DNA of 64,000 nucleotides. Source: Actinomycetota bacterium (lineage in GTDB: Bacteria > Actinomycetota > UBA4738 > HRBIN12). The stretch spans positions 13,902 to 77,901 of the forward strand of contig JBKPKU010000051.1 of assembly GCA_046731295.1 (NCBI GenBank). The letters run 5' to 3'. A program made the position numbers and the translations under genes. This document shows, piece after piece, positions 57,897-64,000 of this stretch. Positions within the stretch are counted from its first letter, which is position 1. Every line of letters begins with the position of its first letter. The notes under the pieces were generated by a model. The model was not told the DNA's origin. It did no database searches and worked only from the letters and a program-made list of their open reading frames with translations.

Positions 57897-59783
57897 CTAC
57901 CAGGTGACGGGCGGCACGCCGTCGGGATCGGCGTCCGGGTACGCCGTCTCGCCGAATCGCGACAGGTCCGAGGCCGCCAGCTCGCCGATGTACGAGGCGG
58001 GGAGGACCGCGGCGAACGAGCGCTCGTCCAGGCGATCGTCCCTGACCGCGGCCGGCCGGACGTAGGGCCCGATGTTGTCGCCGTAGCGGTAATCGGCCAA
58101 GAAGGCGGCCACGTCCCGGTCGGACAGGCCGGCGTCGACCAGCGCCTTGGGGTCGAGGTACACCTCGGAGGGCGCGACCATCTGCACCAGGCCGAATACG
58201 CTGGTGCCGAACTCAGCGTTGATGTCCTCCTCCAGCTGGATCGGGTCGATCCGGACGCCGCCGTTCGCGTCGATCTCGGGGCACTGGCCGTGGTCGGCCG
58301 TGACGATCAGCACGCTCCGGCCGTCGCCGAACCGCTGCGTGAGCAGGGCGGCGAGGCGACCGATTTCGGCGTCGACGGCCCCGAGGACCTCGGCCTGCCG
58401 CCCGTCGTCCATGTTGTAGACGTGACCGGCGTAGTCGGGCGCCTTGAAGTTCAGGTACAGGAGGTCGGGCACCTCGTCCTGCCCGAGCCGCTCGGAGTCG
58501 AACGTCGCCTCGATCAGCTCGCCCTGGTAGCGCACGACGGGCGGGAAGCAGCACATCGCCTTCTTGCCGGTCGGGTCGTAGGGGGAGGGAGGGGGCGGGT
58601 CCCAGCCCCCGGTGAGCTCGGCCAGGCGGTCGAGGCCGGGGCTGATGTTCGGGAGCCGGTAGCGGGTGGGGTGGTGAGGTTTCCACCCGCCGCCGCCGTC
58701 CTCGTCCCAGAAGACGCCGACCGGCGCCCGCCCCATCGGCCGGCCGCCGTGGCCGAGCAGCCCGACGTGCCACACCTGGTAGCCGATCTCGCCCACCCAG
58801 GCCTCGTTCTCCGTCCATCCCGTCCAGCGGTCGGCCAGCGTGGGCTCGAGCAGGAACGACGGGTCGATGTTGCCCGGCTCGCCCCAGGCCTTCACCGGGC
58901 CGCCGGCCCGACGGACGTTGTGACCGGTGATGCCGTGCGTCCGCGGGAACGCGCCGGTCCCGATCGTGGCGTGGGTCGCCGCGGTCACCGCCGGGAACGA
59001 GCCCGAGATCGCGTTGCGGTACGTCGCGCCCTCGTGCATGAGACGCTTCAGGTTCGGCCAGGCGTCGGGCCAGCGTCGCAGGACGTTCCACCCGCCGCCG
59101 TCGATCACGAACGTGACGACCAGGCGCGGCTGCACCGGCGGCGTGACCGACGGGATGCCGGGAAGGACCCGCCCGTCCGCGGCGCGGAACTCGTCGAACC
59201 CGATCAGCGCGGCCGTCGTGGGCGCGAGGTCGGCGAGCGTGACGCGCTCGGTGTGGTCCTGCGGTTCGATCCGGCCGGGCGACCACACGACGATGGGGAC
59301 GCGCTCGCCGTACATCCACGGGACGGCGTGACTCGACCGCGGGTCGTTCGGCTCGAGCGAGCGGGACTCCTGCGGGTAGTTCGAGCTCGAGAACGGGGTG
59401 ACCAGGAGCTGCAGGTCGCCCATCCGCTCGGCGTTGTAGGAGCGGGTGACGAGCTCGAGGTACTCCGAGCCGAGGTCCGAGGACATGGCCTCGAGCGCGG
59501 GCCTCGGGTCGGGCCGAGTGAGGCGGCGGACGACCGTGCCGAGCGCGGTGGCGGCGCCCACCGCGACCAGGCCGACGCCGCCGAGCGTGAACAGGAAGCC
59601 GCGCCGGGACGGATCCTCCTCGACCCGGCTTCGCGCCACCAGCAGGACGGCGGCGAGGACGAGCAGGCCGACCGCCGCGCCGAGGACGAGGCTCCGGGTC
59701 GCGACGAGCGCGAGCGCGAGGACCCCTCCCGCGACGGCGAGCAGCGCGAGGACGCCCCGGGAACGCATGGGTGAACGCATCAT
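57897..59783 (-). CDS. Membrane-anchored alkaline-phosphatase-superfamily protein (type I phosphodiesterase/nucleotide pyrophosphatase-like)
   Basis: Start MMRSPMRSRG at 59783 with two N-terminal TM segments. It shows VVTFVIDGGGWN...FPAVTAATHATIGTGAFPRTHGITGHN...VTADHGQ. The 1066-aa track ORF fuses it to an artefactual extension. Confidence 0.75.
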   Translation of the reverse strand: MMRSPMRSRGVLALLAVAGGVLALALVATRSLVLGAAVGLLVLAAVLLVARSRVEEDPSRRGFLFTLGGVGLVAVGAATALGTVVRRLTRPDPRPALEAMSSDLGSEYLELVTRSYNAERMGDLQLLVTPFSSSNYPQESRSLEPNDPRSSHAVPWMYGERVPIVVWSPGRIEPQDHTERVTLADLAPTTAALIGFDEFRAADGRVLPGIPSVTPPVQPRLVVTFVIDGGGWNVLRRWPDAWPNLKRLMHEGATYRNAISGSFPAVTAATHATIGTGAFPRTHGITGHNVRRAGGPVKAWGEPGNIDPSFLLEPTLADRWTGWTENEAWVGEIGYQVWHVGLLGHGGRPMGRAPVGVFWDEDGGGGWKPHHPTRYRLPNISPGLDRLAELTGGWDPPPPSPYDPTGKKAMCCFPPVVRYQGELIEATFDSERLGQDEVPDLLYLNFKAPDYAGHVYNMDDGRQAEVLGAVDAEIGRLAALLTQRFGDGRSVLIVTADHGQCPEIDANGGVRIDPIQLEEDINAEFGTSVFGLVQMVAPSEVYLDPKALVDAGLSDRDVAAFLADYRYGDNIGPYVRPAAVRDDRLDERSFAAVLPASYIGELAASDLSRFGETAYPDADPDGVPPVTW

Positions 59784-59827
59784 CTCAAAGGTTCGGTTCC
59801 GAACCGCCCGAGGGTTCGATCGCGTGC

Positions 59828-61018
59828 CTACACGCGCTTGCGGGGCAGGTCCAGGAACGGCAGCCCGACGACGGTCGCGGCGACCTTGCCGCGCTCGCCC
59901 TCGACGGTCCATTCGACCGAGATGCGGGTGCCGGGATCGCTCAGCGCCGGCGGGAGCGACCCGAACCCGATCATCCGCTTGATCGTCGGCCCCCAGGTCA
60001 CGCTGGTCGCGCGCCCGACGCGCCGGCCGTCCTTGTAGACGGGCACGGGATCGCGGTGCACCTGCGCGGAGACCGACGGCGGGAGGTCGTGGCGGGCGAA
60101 CATCGCCTCGATCCCGGTCCAGTCCAGGTCCAGGCCCACGAGGCGGCGACCCGAGCCGCGGGCCTGCTCGTCTTCGAGCGCCTGCCGGCCGACGAACGCG
60201 GGCTTGCCGAGGTCGACGAACGGGCCCAGGCCGATCTCGAACGGCGAGTACTGCTGCTCGGGGCTGATCGCGTGGCGCGCGCTCGTGTACTCGGCCTCGA
60301 TCAGGATCAGCCCGGCTTCGACTCGCGCGACGTCGAGCGCCCGGATGCCCGCGGGCCGGATGCCATGGGGCCCGCCGGCCTCCCATAACGCATCCCAGAC
60401 GTCCGTGGCGGCCTCGGACGCGACCCAGATCTCGTACCCGAGGTCGCCGGTGTATCCCGTCCGCGTGACGTCGACGGCGACCCCACCGATCTCCGATCGT
60501 CGGTGGCCGAAGTAGCGGAGGTCGTTCCACGCCTGCCGGGTGGCGCCCTCGAGCACATCCCGCGAGCGCGGGCCCTGCAGCGCGACGGCCGCGACGCGTT
60601 CGGACACGTCCTCGATCCCGACGTCCAACCCGGACGCGTTCATCGAGAACCAGCGGTAGGACGGGTCGGCCGCGGTCCAGAAGAAGGCGTTCTCGGCGCG
60701 GCGGGTGATCGTCCCGTCGTCGATCACCTTGCCGTCCTCGTTGCACCACGGCGTGTAGATGACGCGTCCGACGGCGAGCCTGGAGGCGTCGCGCGTCGCG
60801 ATCCGGTCCACCAGCCGGGCCGCGTCGGGCCCGGTGATCTCGTACTTGTACAGCGGGGAGACGTCGATCAGGGCCGCCTGCTCGCGGATCGCGTTGTACT
60901 CGATGTCGTGGAAGTCGGCGTATACGGCGGCCGCGAAGTAGCCGGACCACTCGCCCCAGGACATCGTCGTGTTCAGCGCCGCCGTTCGCGGGTGGAACGC
61001 CGTCCCGACGCTCACCAC
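59828..61018 (-). CDS. GcvT-family aminomethyltransferase (folate-binding)
   Basis: EYNAIREQAALIDVSPLYKYEITGPDA...ALQGPRSRDVL...TRTGYTGDLGYEIW...GIRALDVARVEAGL. Confidence 0.85.
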   Translation of the reverse strand: MVSVGTAFHPRTAALNTTMSWGEWSGYFAAAVYADFHDIEYNAIREQAALIDVSPLYKYEITGPDAARLVDRIATRDASRLAVGRVIYTPWCNEDGKVIDDGTITRRAENAFFWTAADPSYRWFSMNASGLDVGIEDVSERVAAVALQGPRSRDVLEGATRQAWNDLRYFGHRRSEIGGVAVDVTRTGYTGDLGYEIWVASEAATDVWDALWEAGGPHGIRPAGIRALDVARVEAGLILIEAEYTSARHAISPEQQYSPFEIGLGPFVDLGKPAFVGRQALEDEQARGSGRRLVGLDLDWTGIEAMFARHDLPPSVSAQVHRDPVPVYKDGRRVGRATSVTWGPTIKRMIGFGSLPPALSDPGTRISVEWTVEGERGKVAATVVGLPFLDLPRKRV

Positions 61019-61193
61019 GACCTCCTCGCTCTCGCTCGCTCTCTGCCTCGTTCTCTGGGGACGCCCGTAGGCTAGCGCTGGTAAGACGTGCCTTCATGGC
61101 TCCCCCTAGCCTCGGGCACCGCCTGCGGTGTACACCTCGGCGCGAGTACGCACAACCGCGGCCCGGCTACCGCCCCATCTCCGTGAGCCTCCC

Positions 61194-61233
61194 GACCAGC
61201 ACGGCCTAAGCGTCGGTCCTCACAGTCGATCAG
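61194..61233. repeat. Intergenic repeat copy A (diverged)
   Basis: GACCAGCACGGCCTAAGCGTCGGTCCTCACAGTCGATCAG. It shares the ends GACnAGCAC and CAGTCGATCAG with copy B. Confidence 0.5.
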
Positions 61234-61263
61234 CAACTCGGCGAAGAGATGGCTCACACATAC

Positions 61264-61668
61264 TCACTTCGCAATGAATGCGCCATTCATGGCTGGGTGT
61301 GCGTCGCATTGGAACTGATAGGTACCTGCCTCGAACGCCGGGACCTCGTACGTTATGGATGTTCCGTGAGGCGCGATATCGCCGACGAACGATGATCCGC
61401 CCCCATCGAAGATGTGGATGTTGTGGTTGCCATGGGGGCTGATGTCTTGGTTGTCGAAACGGATCGTGAACGGGACGCTCGAAGGGGCCGCGATGCAGTC
61501 GGTCGTGAACTGGTGCGATTGCGACTCCAGCACGGCGATATGGAGCTCGGTGCCATTCGGGGTACACGTCGCACTAGGCGCACTCTCGCTGCACGTTGTG
61601 AGGGCGAACGCAAAGGGGACGAGTGCCGCCGCCACGACAATCGATCTAACGGCCGCCATGCCCATCAA
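61264..61668 (-). CDS. Cupredoxin (type-1 blue copper) lipoprotein candidate
   Basis: Signal peptide with ALTTC lipobox-like cysteine. The ligand pattern is H in GNHNIHIF plus C..H..M in FQCDAHPAMNG. Confidence 0.72.
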   Translation of the reverse strand: MMGMAAVRSIVVAAALVPFAFALTTCSESAPSATCTPNGTELHIAVLESQSHQFTTDCIAAPSSVPFTIRFDNQDISPHGNHNIHIFDGGGSSFVGDIAPHGTSITYEVPAFEAGTYQFQCDAHPAMNGAFIAK

Positions 61669-61746
61669 CCTCTTGCGATCAGGCGGGCACTAAGAGCGTA
61701 CGCCCGGAGCCTCACGAGGTACACCCTCATTGCGCCCGCTCCCGTA

Positions 61747-61797
61747 GCATCCGACGAGCACCGCCCGGACCGTCCGATCCTCCTCGCAGTCGATCAG
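61747..61797. repeat. Intergenic repeat copy B
   Basis: GCATCCGACGAGCACCGCCCGGACCGTCCGATCCTCCTCGCAGTCGATCAG. Confidence 0.55.
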
Positions 61798-61816
61798 GAG
61801 AGGAGAACGTCGCGAA

Positions 61817-62581
61817 GTGATAGGAGAGGATGGCCGCGTGGACTGGGTGGCGGACTTCTATACCAAGCAGTACGAGTGGGCCGACTGGCGACGTCGATGG
61901 AGCGAGTTCGACTCAGACGACCGCGACCTCCACGTCGACGCAGTAATTCGGCACGCCGGGTCGCAGCCCCTCCGAATCCTTGAGCTCGGGTCTGGCACCG
62001 GCACGACCGCCGCGGCTCTTGCGGTCGCGGGGCACGACGTTGTGGCCATGGAGCTCCTTGGCGAGCTCGCGGCACATACCCAGGAGCTTGCGGCCGTCGT
62101 GACCGGAGGCTCGTTACGGACGATTGCGGGCGACTTCTACGAGATTGAGCCGCCAGGCAAGTTCGACGTCGTCGTTTACTTCGATGGGTTCGGGGAGCGA
62201 CGAGGATCAAAGGCGGCTGCTGCGTCGGATCGTCGGATGGCTCGTCCCGAGCGGGTGCGCTCTCGTCGATGTGTTTGTGCCGTGGTATTGGGCCAGTCGT
62301 GCCGGGAACGAGGAGGAGTTCCCCAAGGGGAGCGGAGTCCGCTACCTCGACGGGTTCGACGCGGAAGGGTGTCGGATGACTGAGCGGATGTGGCGGGTCG
62401 GACACGAGACGATGCCGTGACACAGTCCCTCCGGTGCTACTCGCCGGCCGACCTTCGCCTCTTGCTCCAAGGAACTGGCCTCTCAGTTCGCGACGTCGAG
62501 CCTTTCACCGATGAGACATACGGGGAGCCGTGCGAGCTCGCTGACGCCATGCTCTACCTCGCCGCGCTTACGCCCGCCTAA
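61817..62581 (+). pseudogene. Class I SAM-dependent methyltransferase disrupted by two compensating frameshifts
   Basis: Frame A (61817-~62195) carries motif I ILELGSGTGTTAAALA and VVYFDGFG. The sensible continuation GSDEDQRRLLRRIVGWLVPSGCALVDV... is in the +1 frame up to TGA 62420. The C-terminal part VTQSLRCYSPADLRLLL...LYLAALTPA is back in frame A. A GGGG run at 62192-62195 marks the first shift. Confidence 0.7.
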
Positions 62582-62600
62582 CGCCGTTCCATCTCGCGCA

Positions 62601-62643
62601 GCATCCCGATGAGCACCGCCCGGAGGGTCCGGTCCTCCACCGC
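62601..62643. repeat. Intergenic repeat copy C
   Basis: GCATCCCGATGAGCACCGCCCGGAGGGTCCGGTCCTCCACCGC. By eye, about 36 of 43 aligned positions match copy B. Confidence 0.55.
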
Positions 62644-62777
62644 TAGCCGGATAGGCGAGGCTCGGCAATCGAGGGTCTCGGGCTCCCACACGGCCTACCG
62701 CATAGACGGTAGCGACGATCGTGGGCGTATGCCATGATTCGGTCGCAGGCTGCCCGCCGGTGACGAGGAGGCGAGCC

Positions 62778-63662
62778 ATGTCTGTAGCCCGAACCCCGAC
62801 GCTCCGAAGGAGCGCCGTCGTCGCAACGCTGGTAGCGGCGACCATCGCCGTCGCGCCCGCCTCATGGGCGGCCGTCCCGGCGATCTCGTCGTTCTCGCCC
62901 ACCAGCGGGCCGGTCGGGACCTCCGTGACGATCAATGGGTCGGGGTTCACCGGGGCGACCAATGTGAAGTTCGCCGGCACCCCAGCGACGTTCACCGTGG
63001 ATTCGGACGTGAGGATCACGGCGGTCGTGCCCGCCGGCGCGACAACCGGCCGGATCAAGGTGGTGACCCCGAGCGGCTTCGCCACGAGCACCACGCAGTT
63101 CACCGTCACGAGCGCAGCTGGCCCGACGATCACGTCCTTCTCGCCGAACAGCGGGCCGGTCGGGACTTCGGTGACGATCAATGGGACGGGGTTCTCCGGG
63201 GCGACTGCCGTGAAGTTCAACGGGACGACGGCGACGTTCACCGTCAACTCGGACACGAAGATCACTGCGACCGTGCCCCCGGGCGCGACCACGGGAAAGA
63301 TCTCCGTGACGACCCCCGCCGGTTCGGACACGAGCGGCACGAAGTTCACCGTGACGGGCACGGCGCACTCGCGAACGGTCTCTCTTCACCTCCGGCGCCA
63401 TCTCCGGGTGCGCGGAACGGTTACGGTCGACGACGGGTTCTCGGCTTGCGCCAGCAATGTTCCTGTTCAGATCCAGCGCCGGCGGTTCGGCGGTGCCGCC
63501 TGGCGCACAATCGTGCGCCTGTCGACGGACGACGCCGGGCGGTACTCGGCCCACGTCCGGAACCTGCCAGGCCGATACCGGGCACGAGCCGTCAGCGTCA
63601 CCCTCGCGACCGGTGACGTGTGCGGCCGGTCGACATCGGGGGTGAAGCGGTACCGACTCTAG
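62778..63662 (+). CDS. Secreted protein with two tandem IPT/TIG-like Ig-fold repeats and a C-terminal beta domain
   Basis: GAGGAGG precedes ATG 62778 and a signal peptide ends ASWA. The repeat is P(A/T)I(S/T)SFSP(T/N)SGPVGTSVTING(S/T)GF(T/S)GAT.VKF.G..ATFTV.SD..ITA.VP.GATTG.I.V.TP.G. Confidence 0.75.
   Translation: MSVARTPTLRRSAVVATLVAATIAVAPASWAAVPAISSFSPTSGPVGTSVTINGSGFTGATNVKFAGTPATFTVDSDVRITAVVPAGATTGRIKVVTPSGFATSTTQFTVTSAAGPTITSFSPNSGPVGTSVTINGTGFSGATAVKFNGTTATFTVNSDTKITATVPPGATTGKISVTTPAGSDTSGTKFTVTGTAHSRTVSLHLRRHLRVRGTVTVDDGFSACASNVPVQIQRRRFGGAAWRTIVRLSTDDAGRYSAHVRNLPGRYRARAVSVTLATGDVCGRSTSGVKRYRL
62877..63359 (+). repeat. Two 79-codon intragenic repeats (62877-63113 and 63123-63359) encoding the IPT/TIG-like modules
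   Basis: Read directly from the translation, with a period of 246 nt. Confidence 0.85.
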
Positions 63663-64000
63663 CTCTCGAGGAGGATCGAGGTTCGCAGACCGGACCGCAG
63701 CTCAGAGAGTGCCGTGACGTTCGAGCTCCGTGCTCGGCGCGCCGAGCCACCCTAGAGTCTCGAGAACATCCGCCACTGTCATAGTTATGCGGATCAGACC
63801 ACCGGCTCTCGGTGCGGCGCGGGAAACCGCTGCCCCCAGTGCTCTGGTCGCCCACGCTGATGCCCTGAACCCAGTGCATCTCCATGCCGCAAGCGGTGCA
63901 GTCCAAGACGAACTCGCTGAGGCCCCGGTCGAGTTCGGCCTTGGTCTTCAGGAGTTCGAGCCGCAACATCGTCGCCGCGATCGTGACGCGGTGATCGGCG

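Noticed and set aside
57897-61097. 1066-aa ORF treated as one gene
   Set aside because: Only the 3' 628 codons (from ATG 59783) look like a protein (AlkP superfamily). The upstream part is Arg/Gly-rich and overlaps the GcvT-family gene, which is convincingly coding in another frame.
53178-61100. Classical tmRNA-integrated genomic island
   Set aside because: There is no integrase or excisionase gene and no direct repeat of the tmRNA 3' end within the window. GC content stays high until about 61 kb. The block may simply be accessory metabolism.
61072-61257. 61-aa ORF MSHLFAELLIDCEDRRLGRAG...
   Set aside because: The first 13 residues resemble the N-terminal strand of VOC/glyoxalase-like proteins, but the rest is Arg/Gly/Ala-rich nonsense. 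I treated it as a relic that contains repeat copy A rather than as a gene.
61019-61260. Glycine riboswitch upstream of the GcvT-family gene
   Set aside because: I reverse-complemented the 240-nt leader and looked for the conserved GGAGAG...ACCGAAGGGGCAA...CTCAGGCAAAAGGAC-type elements. Only weak resemblances appear (GCGCCGAGGTGTACA, CTCACGGAGATGG). The gene may also not be the true glycine-cleavage T protein. A cmsearch with the glycine riboswitch model would settle it.
62483-63361. 292-aa minus-strand ORF (VTV/PVT-rich)
   Set aside because: It is antisense to the IPT/TIG repeat gene. The repetitive Thr/Val/Gly codons on the sense strand keep the antisense frame open. The sense strand has an SD sequence, a signal peptide and domain repeats.
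63598-64000. Minus-strand ORF open to the right edge (…ADHRVTIAATMLRLELLKTKAELDRGLSEFVLDCTACGMEMHWVQ…)
   Set aside because: The first roughly 50 residues look protein-like (possible CxxC element). The remainder is Arg/Ser/Gly-rich and overlaps the 3' end of the IPT/TIG gene. It may be the tail of a gene starting beyond the window or a decayed fragment, and the evidence is insufficient to annotate it.

Overview
Very GC-rich (by eye about 70%), densely coding chromosomal segment of actinobacterial type. I saw no rRNA, tRNA, CRISPR array, transposase or integrase. The backbone is a conserved housekeeping and cell-envelope neighbourhood. From memory, its order resembles the Mycobacterium Rv3267-Rv3240c and Streptomyces whiB regions: LCP ligase, GDP-mannose pyrophosphorylase, F420 genes fbiB/fbiA/fbiC, whiB, a large GT2-membrane fusion, an L,D-transpeptidase, DUF3499, phosphomannomutase, Trm112-like, PGI/PMI, PNP, ahcY, comF, hpf, a NarL-type regulator, secA, prfB, ftsEX, smpB and tmRNA. 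Several blocks look lineage-specific. (1) A roughly 10 kb pair of divergent operons (3.3-13.7 kb) encodes five GT4 enzymes, a TagA/WecG enzyme, a sulfotransferase-like protein, a Wzm/Wzt exporter and a small DMT protein. It looks like an ABC-transporter-dependent wall glycopolymer pathway. (2) A triad of basic-tailed membrane proteins (DUF3105, unknown, DUF3105). (3) A fusion of an alpha/beta-hydrolase-like domain lacking its nucleophile with a class III cyclase, translationally coupled to fbiA. (4) Downstream of tmRNA, a metabolic block (YcaQ-like, two-subunit AcnX, aminotransferase, AlkP-like, GcvT-like) followed by a lower-GC zone of gene decay. Features absent from the ORF track include the programmed +1 frameshift in prfB and the tmRNA. 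They also include a probable raiA-motif-like structured RNA between comF and hpf, and a shared ATCACA-N4-TGTGAT dyad at whiB and at a leaderless DUF3499 promoter. The remaining ones are a histone-H1-like repeat protein after whiB, a perfect 36-bp tandem duplication, and three diverged copies of an intergenic repeat. Many long Arg/Gly/Pro-rich ORFs in the track are antisense or off-frame artefacts of the high GC content and were rejected. All family assignments come from motif recognition by eye, because no searches could be run.
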